From: Pseudomonadota bacterium
Lineage (GTDB): Bacteria; Pseudomonadota; Alphaproteobacteria; Reyranellales; Reyranellaceae
Direction of reading: 5' to 3'
Assembly (NCBI GenBank): GCA_018240695.1
Contig: JAFEFH010000004.1
Location: forward strand, 1,032 to 65,031
DNA length: 64,000 bases
Shown here: positions 9,395 through 18,315 of the stretch, in pieces
Position numbering within the stretch: position 1 is the stretch's first letter
Layout: each line of letters opens with the position of its first letter
Made by a program: the position numbers and the translations under genes
The notes under the pieces: generated by a model
Told to the model about the DNA's origin: nothing
Database searches by the model: none
What the model saw: the letters and a program-made list of their open reading frames with translations, nothing else

Positions 9395-9430
9395 GCGCCG
9401 CCAATATAGGAAGAGGACGGAGACGCTGCC

Positions 9431-10387
9431 ATGGAGATAGACGGCCAGGAGAGCAGCAACATCGAGGACCGCCGCGGCGACGGCGGCGGCTTCGGCGGTG
9501 GATTCGGCGGCGGCGGGTTCGGTGGCATGGGCGGCGGCTTCGGCGGCCCCGGCATCCCGCTCCCGATGGGCGGCGGCCTGTTCAAGGGCGGCTTCGGCCT
9601 GATCGCGATCGTGGTGATCAGCCTGATCCTGGGCATCAATCCGCTGTCGCTGCTGGGCGGCATGGTCGATGGCGGCGGCGGCAGCTACGTGGCGCCGCAG
9701 AGCCAGCAGCGCACCGCCGGCCGGCCGGCGACCAACGATCCCGAGACGCAGTTCGTGGCGCGCGTGCTGAAGAGCACCGAGGACGTGTGGGGCGAGATCT
9801 TCCAGCAGATGGGCCGGCAGTACCGCCAGCCGCGGCTGGTGCTGTTCCGCAACGGCACGCAGACCGCCTGCGGTCCGGGCCAGACCGCGATGGGCCCGTT
9901 CTATTGCCCGCCCGACCAGCGGGTCTATATCGACCTGCAATTCTTCGACGAGCTGGCGCAGCGCTTCCACTCGCCCGGCCAGTTCCCGCAGGCCTATGTG
10001 ATCGCGCACGAGGTCGGGCATCACGTGCAGAACCTGTTCGGCATCTCGAACAAGGTGGCAGAGCTGCGCGAGAAAATGAGCAAGCGCGACGCCAACGCGA
10101 TGTCGGTGCGGGTCGAGCTCCAGGCCGATTGCTTCGCCGGCGTCTGGGCCTATCACGCCGACAAGCAGCGCGGCGGCACGGTCACGCTGGCCGACAAGGA
10201 CGTCGAGCAGGCGATCGCCGCCGCCACCGCGATCGGCGACGACCGGCTCCAGCAACAGGCGCAGGGCCGCATCGTGCCCGACAGCTTCACCCACGGGTCC
10301 AGCGCACAGCGGGTGCGCTGGTTCAAGACCGGTCTACAGAGTGGTGACGTGAAGCGCTGCGATACGTTCAATGCGAAGCAGCTCTGA
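9431..10387 (+). CDS. Neutral zinc metallopeptidase, YpfJ family
   Basis: GPFYCPPD, YVIAHEVGHHVQ (HExxH), VELQADCFAG, DSFTHGSS. Confidence 0.92.
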   Translation: MEIDGQESSNIEDRRGDGGGFGGGFGGGGFGGMGGGFGGPGIPLPMGGGLFKGGFGLIAIVVISLILGINPLSLLGGMVDGGGGSYVAPQSQQRTAGRPATNDPETQFVARVLKSTEDVWGEIFQQMGRQYRQPRLVLFRNGTQTACGPGQTAMGPFYCPPDQRVYIDLQFFDELAQRFHSPGQFPQAYVIAHEVGHHVQNLFGISNKVAELREKMSKRDANAMSVRVELQADCFAGVWAYHADKQRGGTVTLADKDVEQAIAAATAIGDDRLQQQAQGRIVPDSFTHGSSAQRVRWFKTGLQSGDVKRCDTFNAKQL

Positions 10388-10406
10388 GCGCGCGTCGCGC
10401 GCTCAG
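10384..10406. terminator. Perfect inverted repeat spanning both convergent stop codons; likely bidirectional terminator hairpin
   Basis: ctgagcgcgcg-t-cgcgcgctcag; no U-tract. Confidence 0.45.
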
Positions 10407-11104
10407 GTGTAGGTAACGCTGACCGTACCGCACTTGTCGACGAAGCCTTGCAGCGTGTCGCCCGCCACCACGGCGGCGACGCCGTCGGGCGTGCCGCTGT
10501 AGATCAGGTCGCCGGCGGCCAGCGTCACGAGGCCCGAGAGATAGGAGATCGTCTCCGGGATGCTCCAGATCAGCGCGTTGAGATCCGACTTCTGGCGGGT
10601 CTTGCCGTTGACGTCGAGCTGGATGGTGCCCTTGTCGATGTGGCCGACTTCGCTCACCGGATAGATCACGCCGATCGGCGCGGACTGGTCGAAGCCCTTG
10701 CCCATGTCCCACGGGCGGCCCATGTCCTTGGCCTGGTTCTGGAGGTCGCGGCGGGTCATGTCGAGGCCGACGGCATAGCCGTAGACGTGATCGAGGGCCT
10801 TCTCGACGGGGATGTTCGCGCCACCGGACTTCATGCAGACGACCAGCTCCATCTCGTGGTGCAGGTTCTTGGTCGCCGGCGGATACTTGATCTTGGTTGG
10901 GTTCTTCGGATCGGCGCAGAGCACGATGGCGTCGGCCGGCTTGCTGAAGAAGAAGGGCGGCTCGCGGTCGGGATCGTGGCCCATCTCGCGCGCATGAGCG
11001 GCATAGTTGCGGCCGACGCAGAAGACGCGGCGGACCGGGAAGAGATCCTTGCTGCCGTGGACCGGAACGCCGACGGTCGCGGGCGGGGTGACAACGTAGG
11101 CCAT
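10403..11104 (-). CDS. Fumarylacetoacetate hydrolase family protein
   Basis: VFCVGRNYAAHAREMG, FFFSKP, HHEMEL, GLDMTRRDLQ, KGFD, LIYSGTP; ATG 11104 with RBS AAGGAG. Confidence 0.93.
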   Translation of the reverse strand: MAYVVTPPATVGVPVHGSKDLFPVRRVFCVGRNYAAHAREMGHDPDREPPFFFSKPADAIVLCADPKNPTKIKYPPATKNLHHEMELVVCMKSGGANIPVEKALDHVYGYAVGLDMTRRDLQNQAKDMGRPWDMGKGFDQSAPIGVIYPVSEVGHIDKGTIQLDVNGKTRQKSDLNALIWSIPETISYLSGLVTLAAGDLIYSGTPDGVAAVVAGDTLQGFVDKCGTVSVTYT

Positions 11105-11156
11105 CGCTTTCTCCTTCAAGAGACCGGCTTTATGAAGGGCGCAGGAGTTCGATTCA

Positions 11157-11780
11157 ATGTCCGATGACGGTGGTTTGATCCTGACGGTACAGGCGGATTC
11201 GGCCGATTCAGCCCTGGGCTGGGCGGTCCTGGGCGCGCGCCGCTGGCGCTGCGTGGTGGGCGCGGGCGGCATCCGCGAGGACAAGGTCGAGGGCGACGGT
11301 GCGACGCCGGTCGGCACCTTTCCGCTGCGCCACATCTACTACCGCAACGACCGGCTGGTGCTGCCCAAGCCGATCGGCCTGCCGGCGCGGCCGATCTCGC
11401 AGCACGACGGCTGGTGCGACGACCCACGCTCGGATTCCTACAACCGGCTGGTGCGCACGCCCAACGACTGGAGCCACGAGAAGATGTGGCGCGAGGACGG
11501 GCTGTACGATCTCGTGGTCGTGGTCGGCTACAACGACGATCCGCCGGAGGGTGAATGGGGCAGCGCGATCTTCCTCCACATCGCGCGCGACGACAAAGCC
11601 GGCACGCAAGGCTGCATCGCCTTCGCGCGCGAGGACCTGCTGGAGTTGCTGCCGCTGATCACCGCCCAGACGCGCCTGCGGGTGCTTTCCCATCCCGCCA
11701 ACGAACAGCCGGGGCCGCCCTCCGAAGACGAGGAGCTGATGAAGGAGTTCGAGGATTTCGACGAGAAGGACTGGTCGTAA
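11157..11780 (+). CDS. L,D-transpeptidase-like (YkuD-fold, COG3786-type) protein
   Basis: KVEGDGATPVG, GWCDDP, EKMWREDGLYD, SAIFLH...TQGC (His/Cys catalytic pair). Confidence 0.85.
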   Translation: MSDDGGLILTVQADSADSALGWAVLGARRWRCVVGAGGIREDKVEGDGATPVGTFPLRHIYYRNDRLVLPKPIGLPARPISQHDGWCDDPRSDSYNRLVRTPNDWSHEKMWREDGLYDLVVVVGYNDDPPEGEWGSAIFLHIARDDKAGTQGCIAFAREDLLELLPLITAQTRLRVLSHPANEQPGPPSEDEELMKEFEDFDEKDWS

Positions 11781-11786
11781 GGCTTG

Positions 11787-12887
11787 TCAGCCGACCATGC
11801 GGCCGATCGTGCGGGCGGTGTAGTCGACCAGCGGGATGATGCGCGCATAGTTGAGGCGCGTCGGGCCGATCACGCCTATCGCGCCCAGGATGCGCTCCTG
11901 CGAATCGCGGAACGGCGCCACCACCATCGAGCAGCCGGTGTTGGCGAACAGCGGATTGTCCGCACCGATGAAGATCTGCACGCCCGCCGCGCCGTTGGCC
12001 AGTTCGAGCAGGCGCGCGAAGCTCTCGCCGCGCTCGAGCGCATCGAACAGCGTGCGCACGCGCTCGAGGTCGGCGAGGACGGTGATGTCCTCGAGCAGCC
12101 GCGCCTGGCCGCGCACGATCAGGTTGCCGCCGGGCTCGCCGGCCCAGCTCGCGAGGCCCGATTCGATCACGCGCGCGGTGAGATCGTTGAGCTCGGCGCG
12201 CTTCAGCTTCAGGTCTTCGAGGATGAGGCGGCGCGCATCCTCGAACGTCCGGCCGGTGAGGCGCGCGTTCAGGTAGTTGCTCGCCTCGATAAGCGCCGAC
12301 GCCGGCATGCCGATCGGCGTGTCGATCAGCCGGTTCTCGACATGGCCCGACTGCGTGACCGTCACGACCAGCGCGCGGCCCGGGCCGAGGTTCACGAACT
12401 CGATGTGCTTCAGCGGCTGCTCGGTCTTGGGCGCCATCACGAGGCTGGCGCAGCGCGACAGGCCGGAGAGCAGAGACGTCGCCTGCTCGAGCGCCTCGTT
12501 GACGCTGCGGCCGGCGGCGGCGCAGCGCGATTCGATGCTCTTGCGCTCGTCTTCCGAGACGTTGCCGACCTCGAGCAGGCCGTTCACGAACAGCTTCAGC
12601 CCGGCATGCGTGGGCAGGCGGCCGGCCGACGTGTGCGGGGCATAGAGCAGGCCGAGGTCCTGGAGATCGGCCATGATATTGCGGATGGTGGCCGGAGAGA
12701 GCGCCTCGGTGATCTTGCGGGTGAGCGCCCGCGAGCCGACCGGCTCGCCGGTCTCGACGTAGCTCTCGACCACGCCGCGCAACACTTCGCGCGCTCGATC
12801 GTTCAGCTCGTTGACTGAGGCGGTTTGCCGCTGGCCTACGGGGGCCTCGGTGAGGGCCCCGGGAAGGCCGAGGCGATGGATGGCCAT
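11787..12887 (-). CDS. hrcA: Heat-inducible transcription repressor HrcA
   Basis: YVETGEPVGSRAL, SPATIRNIMADL, PHTSAGRLPT, GVIGPTRLNY. Confidence 0.97.
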   Translation of the reverse strand: MAIHRLGLPGALTEAPVGQRQTASVNELNDRAREVLRGVVESYVETGEPVGSRALTRKITEALSPATIRNIMADLQDLGLLYAPHTSAGRLPTHAGLKLFVNGLLEVGNVSEDERKSIESRCAAAGRSVNEALEQATSLLSGLSRCASLVMAPKTEQPLKHIEFVNLGPGRALVVTVTQSGHVENRLIDTPIGMPASALIEASNYLNARLTGRTFEDARRLILEDLKLKRAELNDLTARVIESGLASWAGEPGGNLIVRGQARLLEDITVLADLERVRTLFDALERGESFARLLELANGAAGVQIFIGADNPLFANTGCSMVVAPFRDSQERILGAIGVIGPTRLNYARIIPLVDYTARTIGRMVG

Positions 12888-12894
12888 GTGAAAA

Positions 12895-12922
12895 ATGTAG
12901 GAAGTGGTTTTGGTCCGGTCAA
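12895..12922 (-). promoter_or_regulatory. Putative RpoH (sigma32)-type promoter of hrcA
   Basis: Minus strand TTGAC-N16-CCTACAT, 7 nt before the ATG; resembles the alphaproteobacterial RpoH -10 CYTATNT. Confidence 0.5.
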
Positions 12923-13028
12923 CGAGCGCGGGCGTACTCTCGCAGACTGGAAGCTATACCTGGTATGGCTAGCCTGACTTTGCCCCTACCCCCTCGCTCC
13001 ATTCGCACTCATAGTGTAAAAGACCTCC

Positions 13029-13361
13029 ATGCCCTTCCGACCTTACCGATTCGAGCATCCCAACACGGAAGAAAGCGAACTGATTTCCGTCTCGTCCTAT
13101 GCGGCGGCCGCATTCTTTGGCCCCTTCTATATCCTCTACAAGCGCTCTACGGGCTTCTGGCCGGCCCTCGGCATGATGATCTTCCTCACCGCGGGCATCG
13201 TGGGCGTCACCGGCGTGACCTCGTTCTTCCTGCCGCCCCGCACCCAGCTCATCGTCATCCTGATCTCCATCCCGGTGGCGCTGATCATCCAGGCCCACTT
13301 CGTCGTCAATCGCGTGAAGATCTGGTACCGCCGCCGCGGCTGGCTGGTGCGCGCACCCTAG
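13029..13361 (+). CDS. Small membrane protein, DUF2628-like
   Basis: [13 protein letters not shown] motif, two hydrophobic segments, C-terminal RRRGW. Confidence 0.65.
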   Translation: MPFRPYRFEHPNTEESELISVSSYAAAAFFGPFYILYKRSTGFWPALGMMIFLTAGIVGVTGVTSFFLPPRTQLIVILISIPVALIIQAHFVVNRVKIWYRRRGWLVRAP

Positions 13362-13440
13362 GGCCTGCCCCTCTTTTCGGGCCGTCTTGTTCGGGGCGCC
13401 GGCTTTGGCCATAAGCCCCCCACCAAGACAGGAGACACGC

Positions 13441-14160
13441 ATGCGCCCCTCCGGCCGCGCCCCCGACCAGCTACGCAAGGTTTCGCTCGAGCCAGGCTTC
13501 TCCCGCCATGCCGAGGGATCGTGCCTCGTGAAGTTCGGCGACACCCATGTTCTGTGCACCGCCTCCGTCGACGAGCGCGTGCCGCCGTGGATGCGCAACT
13601 CGGGCAAGGGCTGGGTGACGGCGGAGTACGGCATGCTGCCGCGCTCGACCCACACCCGCACCGATCGCGAAGCGGCGCGCGGCAAGCAGTCGGGCCGCAC
13701 GCAGGAAATCCAGCGCCTGATCGGTCGCGCGCTGCGTGCGGTCGTGAACCTGCCGGCGATGGGCGAACGCCAGATCAACATCGACTGCGACGTGTTGCAG
13801 GCCGACGGCGGCACGCGCACCGCCTCGATCACCGGCGCGTGGGTCGCGCTGAACTTCGCCTTCGAGCGCCTGATCAAGGAAGGCAAGCTCACGGCCAACC
13901 CGATGACCGGCCAGGTCGCCGCCGTTTCGTGCGGCCTGTGGGAGGGCACCGCATTGCTCGACCTCGACTATCCCGAGGACTCCAAGGCGCAGGCCGACGC
14001 CAACTTCGTGCTGACCGGCGACGGCGGCATCGTCGAGGTCCAGGGCACCGCCGAGGACAAGCCGTTCAGCGAGCCGCAGTTCATGCAGTTGCTGGCACTC
14101 GCCAAGAAGGGCGTCACCGAGCTCACGCATCTCCAGCGCCTGGCCGTCGGGAAAAGCTGA
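13441..14160 (+). CDS. rph: Ribonuclease PH
   Basis: [49 protein letters not shown]; RBS AGGAG. Confidence 0.98.
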   Translation: MRPSGRAPDQLRKVSLEPGFSRHAEGSCLVKFGDTHVLCTASVDERVPPWMRNSGKGWVTAEYGMLPRSTHTRTDREAARGKQSGRTQEIQRLIGRALRAVVNLPAMGERQINIDCDVLQADGGTRTASITGAWVALNFAFERLIKEGKLTANPMTGQVAAVSCGLWEGTALLDLDYPEDSKAQADANFVLTGDGGIVEVQGTAEDKPFSEPQFMQLLALAKKGVTELTHLQRLAVGKS

Positions 14161-14774
14161 TGGCGCGCCGTTTCGCCCTGCCGAAGCTCGTTGTGGCGAC
14201 CCACAATCGCGGCAAGGCGGGCGAGATCGGCACGATGCTGAAGCCGTACGGCGTGACCATCGTCTCGGCCGGTGAATTGGGACTGCCGTCACCGGAAGAA
14301 ACCGGCACGACCTTCGAGGCCAACGCCACGCTCAAGGCGCTGGCCGCCACGCGGGCCAGCGGCCTGCCGGCGCTGGCCGACGATTCGGGATTGAGCGTGC
14401 ATGCGCTCGACGATCAGCCCGGCGTCTACACAGCCGACTGGGAAGGCCCGACACGCGACGCCATGGTCGGCATGCAGCGCATCCAGGACGAGCTGGCGAA
14501 GCGCAACGTGCCGCAGACGGTCGCCGCGCGCGCCGCGACCTTCCATTGCGTGCTGGTGCTGGCCTGGCCGGACGAGCATCTCGAACTGTTCCATGGCACC
14601 TGCGACGGCGCGATCGTCTGGCCGATCCGCGGCAGCGGCGGCCACGGCTACGATCCGTGCTTCCAGCCCGCCGGGGACACGCGCACCACCGCGGAGATGA
14701 GCGACGCCGAGAAGAACGCGATCAGCCATCGCGGCCGCGCCTTCCGGATGATGGTCGAGGCCTGCTTCCGGTGA
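14160..14774 (+). CDS. rdgB: Non-canonical purine NTP pyrophosphatase (RdgB/HAM1)
   Basis: VATHNRGK, EETGTTFEANA, LADDSGL, GYDP, KNAISHRGRA; TGATG coupling to rph. Confidence 0.93.
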   Translation: MARRFALPKLVVATHNRGKAGEIGTMLKPYGVTIVSAGELGLPSPEETGTTFEANATLKALAATRASGLPALADDSGLSVHALDDQPGVYTADWEGPTRDAMVGMQRIQDELAKRNVPQTVAARAATFHCVLVLAWPDEHLELFHGTCDGAIVWPIRGSGGHGYDPCFQPAGDTRTTAEMSDAEKNAISHRGRAFRMMVEACFR

Positions 14775-15928
14775 GCGCGCGCGCGCCGCTCGGCATCTAC
14801 GTGCACTGGCCCTTCTGCAAGTCGAAGTGCCCCTACTGCGACTTCAACAGCCATGTGCGCGATGGCGTCGAGCAGGCACGCTGGCGCGCCGCGTTGCTCA
14901 CCGAACTCGAGCATGCCGCCCGCGAGGCGCCGGAGCGTCGCGTCGAGACGATGTTCTTCGGCGGCGGCACGCCGTCGCTGATGGAGCCTGAGACCGTGGC
15001 CGCCGTGATCGCCCGCGCGCGCGCGCTGTGGAACACCGCGACCGACATCGAGATCACACTCGAGGCCAATCCGACGTCGGTCGAAGCTGACCGCTTCGCG
15101 GCGCTGGCGCAGGCCGGCATCAATCGCGTGTCGCTGGGCGTGCAGGCGCTGTCGGCCGACGACCTGCGTTTTCTCGGCCGCGAGCATTCGCCCGACGAGG
15201 CCCTGGCGGCGCTCGACACGGCGCGCCGTCATTTCACCCGCCATTCCTTCGACCTGATCTATGCCCGTCCCGGCCAGACGCAAGAGGCGTGGGCGGCCGA
15301 ACTGGAGCGCGCGTTGGCGCTCGCCGGCGAGCATCTGTCGCTCTACCAGCTCACCATCGAACGCGGCACACGCTTCTTCACCGATCACGCGCGCGGCAAA
15401 TTCGTGCTGCCGGGCGAGGAGGCCGCCGCCGCGATGTTCGAGCTGACGCAGGCCCGCCTCGCCACGGCGGGGCTGCCGGCCTACGAGATCTCGAACCACG
15501 CGCGGCCGGGCGCGGCGTGTCGCCACAATTTGATCTACTGGCGCTATCAGGATTACGTCGGTATCGGTCCAGGAGCGCACGGCCGCTTCGGCGAAGCCGG
15601 CGGCAAGCGCGCGACGCGCCGCCTGAGCGGGCCCGAGGCCTGGCTGGAGGCGGTGGAGCGCGACGGCCACGGCACTGCCGAGAGCAGCCTGGTCACGGGC
15701 CGCGACCTGGTGGAGGAAGCGTTGATGATGGGGCTGAGACTGAGCGAGGGCATCGATCGCGCGATCTTCGCGGCCAATACCGGCGCCGATCCCGTCGAGG
15801 CCGTCGGCGAGCCGGCCCTGGCGCCGCTGGTCCGCGGCGGATTCCTCGACGTCAGCCCGACCCATCTCACGGCCACGCCGGCCGGCCGCCAGCGCCTCAA
15901 CGCCGTGCTGGAGCGCCTGATCGCATGA
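14771..15928 (+). CDS. hemW: Radical SAM heme chaperone HemW
   Basis: YVHWPFCKSKCPYCDFNS, FFGGGTPS, EITLEANP, RVSLGVQ, YEISNHA; GTG start overlaps the rdgB stop. Confidence 0.93.
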   Translation: MSARAPLGIYVHWPFCKSKCPYCDFNSHVRDGVEQARWRAALLTELEHAAREAPERRVETMFFGGGTPSLMEPETVAAVIARARALWNTATDIEITLEANPTSVEADRFAALAQAGINRVSLGVQALSADDLRFLGREHSPDEALAALDTARRHFTRHSFDLIYARPGQTQEAWAAELERALALAGEHLSLYQLTIERGTRFFTDHARGKFVLPGEEAAAAMFELTQARLATAGLPAYEISNHARPGAACRHNLIYWRYQDYVGIGPGAHGRFGEAGGKRATRRLSGPEAWLEAVERDGHGTAESSLVTGRDLVEEALMMGLRLSEGIDRAIFAANTGADPVEAVGEPALAPLVRGGFLDVSPTHLTATPAGRQRLNAVLERLIA

Positions 15929-16761
15929 GGACGCTGATCGCCCTCGCGGCGCTGCTGGCGGCGGCCGCGACGACCGCCTTCGCCCAGACGGCCAAGCCCG
16001 CGCCGCGTGCGCCGGTGCCGGTGACCAAGCCCACCGGGCCGAAGTCGCCGTTCGCACCGCCCGCCTTCAAGGTCTCGATCGCCACGGAAGCGGCCTATCC
16101 GCCGTTCAACTACCTCGACCGCAAGGGGCTGCCCGCCGGCTTCGAGATGGATATCGCCCAGGAAGCCTGCATGCGCATGAAGGCCGAGTGCGAGTTCGTC
16201 GTGGCCAAGTGGGACGACCTGATCCCCGGTCTGCTCGACAAGAAGTTCGACATCGTCATGTCGTCGCTCGACGTAACGCCGGAACGACGCCGCCGGCTCG
16301 GCATGTCGCGGCGGTATTATCTGTCGCCCGGCGCCTTCATCGCCAAGAAGGGCGCGCCCTATGACGGGCCGCCCTCGCTGCTGCGCAACAAGAAGATCGG
16401 CATCCAGAAGGATTCCATGCACGCCGACTGGGCCGACAAGAGCTTCCGCCGCTCCGCGCAGCTCAAGCGCTACCCGTCGGTGAAGGACGAGCTAACGGCT
16501 TTGGCCAACGACGAGGTCGACGCCGTGTTCGGCGACAAGGTCGAGCTGTGGCTGTGGTCGCAGAAGCCCGAGGGCAAGTGCTGCGAGCTGATCGGCCAGG
16601 ACATCAAGGACACGCAGACGCTCGGCATCGGCGTCTCCGCCGGCCTGCGGCGGGAGGACATCAAGCTGCGCGAGGCCTTCAACAAGGCGATCGGCGAGAT
16701 GATGAGCGACGGGACCTACAAGAAGCTGAACGAGAAATACTTCCCGTTCGCGCTTAACTGA
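15925..16761 (+). CDS. Amino-acid ABC transporter substrate-binding protein (family 3)
   Basis: Signal peptide MRTLIALAALLAAAATTAFA; ATEAAYPPFN, GFEMDIA, WDDLIPGL, DGTYKKLNEKYF. Confidence 0.88.
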   Translation: MRTLIALAALLAAAATTAFAQTAKPAPRAPVPVTKPTGPKSPFAPPAFKVSIATEAAYPPFNYLDRKGLPAGFEMDIAQEACMRMKAECEFVVAKWDDLIPGLLDKKFDIVMSSLDVTPERRRRLGMSRRYYLSPGAFIAKKGAPYDGPPSLLRNKKIGIQKDSMHADWADKSFRRSAQLKRYPSVKDELTALANDEVDAVFGDKVELWLWSQKPEGKCCELIGQDIKDTQTLGIGVSAGLRREDIKLREAFNKAIGEMMSDGTYKKLNEKYFPFALN

Positions 16762-16766
16762 GAGTT

Positions 16767-16865
16767 CTTCCCCATTCATATGGGGAAGTGCCCGCGTCTT
16801 ACGCGGGCGATGGGGTCATGACCCCTCCGGGCCCTGCGGGCCACCTCCCCATTTGAATGGGGAGG
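16767..16865. repeat. 99-bp multi-hairpin palindromic intergenic element (RIME/CIR/MITE-like)
   Basis: Outer arms cttccccattcatatggggaag and cctccccatttgaatggggagg are near-inverted copies and each self-complementary; inner hairpins gcccgcg-tctta-cgcgggc and ggggtcatgacccc. Confidence 0.7.
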
Positions 16866-16880
16866 CTTCGAGATGATGAA

Positions 16881-17252
16881 CTAGTTGAGCGCGCGATCGC
16901 GGCTGACGTACTGGCCGCGCTTCAGTTCCTTGAAGAAGTGCGGCACCTGCGGATGGCCGACCGGCTTGCCGGTCTCGTCGGGCAGCAGGTTCTGCTCGGA
17001 GACGTAGGCGACGTAGGTCGTCTGCGCGTTCTCGGCGAGCAGGTGGTAGAACGGCTGGTCGCGGCGTGGGCGCACTTCCTCGGGGATCGACGCCAGCCAC
17101 TCCTCGGTGTTCGCGAACACCGGATCGACGTCGAAGATCACGCCCCGGAAGGGATACAGGCGGTGTTTCACCACCTGACCGATGGAGAACTTGGCCGTGC
17201 GCATCGGCAGCTCGGCGATCGCGGGACCCGCAGTCTGGTTGGCGATGTTCAT
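16881..17252 (-). CDS. hspQ: Heat shock protein HspQ (YccV-like)
   Basis: AKFSIGQVVKHRLYPFRGVIFDVDP, RDQPFYHLLAEN, YVAYVSEQNL. Confidence 0.93.
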   Translation of the reverse strand: MNIANQTAGPAIAELPMRTAKFSIGQVVKHRLYPFRGVIFDVDPVFANTEEWLASIPEEVRPRRDQPFYHLLAENAQTTYVAYVSEQNLLPDETGKPVGHPQVPHFFKELKRGQYVSRDRALN

Positions 17253-17476
17253 GGCGAAAGTATTACTCCGAACGGGGGTTCAGGCAACGCGCCAGGCGGG
17301 GGGTCAAATCCTCCCCCACTCTGCAGCAATACGCCGGAAATGCCCGGCCGGATTGCTCGGCGGCCACTTCGAGAGAACAGAGCCGGAATCACCCTCTCGG
17401 CCCCATCGGTTGACGCGCGGCCCGGCCTGTGGACTCTGTGCCGCGGGCACTTTGGGAAACAGCTTTGGCCGACGGT

Positions 17477-18313
17477 TTGAAAGTCCGCTTCTGGGGCGTG
17501 CGAGGCTCCATCTCCTGCGCGGGCCCGGAATATGTTCGTTACGGCGGCAATACGTCGTGTCTCGAAGTGACCGCGGGCGGCCGCCGGCTGATCTTCGACG
17601 CCGGCAGCGGCATCCGCACCCTGGGCCTCGACCTGGTCCGGCAGGCGCCGCTCGACCTCGACATCTATTTCACGCACACGCATCTCGACCACCTGTCGGG
17701 CCTGACGTTCTTCGCCCCGCTGTTCGACGCGCGCAATTCGGTGCGGCTGTGGGCCGGCCACCTCGAGGCGCCGCACACGCTGAAGTCGGTCGTGAACAAC
17801 CTGATGCAGGCGCCGATCTATCCGGTGACGCTCGACATCTTCCGTGCCAGCGTCGGCTTCAAGGAATTCAGGTGCGGCGACACGCTCGACTGCGGTCCCA
17901 TCACCTTGCGCACCGCGCCGCTCAACCATCCCAACGGCGCGACCGGCTACCGCATCGAGCATGGCGGCAAGTCGATCTGCTACATCACCGACACCGAGCA
18001 CCGCGACGGCGAACGCGACAAGACGATCGTCGAGCTGTGCCGCGGCGCCGACGTGATGATCTACGATTCGAGCTATACCGACGAGGAATACGAGCGCTAT
18101 CGCGGCTGGGGCCATTCGACCTGGCAGGAAGGCGTGCGGGTCGCCGACGCCGCCGGAGTCGGCACGCTCGCGATCTTCCACCACGATCCCAGCCACGACG
18201 ACGCCTTCATGGACGACGTCGCGCGCAAGGCGGCGGTGCTGCGCCCGGGCTCGGTGCCCGGCGGGCTGCCGCGTGTGATCGTGGCCCATGAAGGCCTGAC
18301 GCTCGTTCCCTGA
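17477..18313 (+). CDS. MBL-fold metallo-hydrolase (putative cyclic-nucleotide phosphodiesterase-like)
   Basis: Likely TTG start (alternative GTG 17429); KVRFWGVRGS, GGNTSC, FTHTHLDH (HxHxDH), LNHPNG, YITDTEH, WGHSTW, FHHDP. Confidence 0.88.
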   Translation: MKVRFWGVRGSISCAGPEYVRYGGNTSCLEVTAGGRRLIFDAGSGIRTLGLDLVRQAPLDLDIYFTHTHLDHLSGLTFFAPLFDARNSVRLWAGHLEAPHTLKSVVNNLMQAPIYPVTLDIFRASVGFKEFRCGDTLDCGPITLRTAPLNHPNGATGYRIEHGGKSICYITDTEHRDGERDKTIVELCRGADVMIYDSSYTDEEYERYRGWGHSTWQEGVRVADAAGVGTLAIFHHDPSHDDAFMDDVARKAAVLRPGSVPGGLPRVIVAHEGLTLVP

Positions 18314-18315
18314 TC

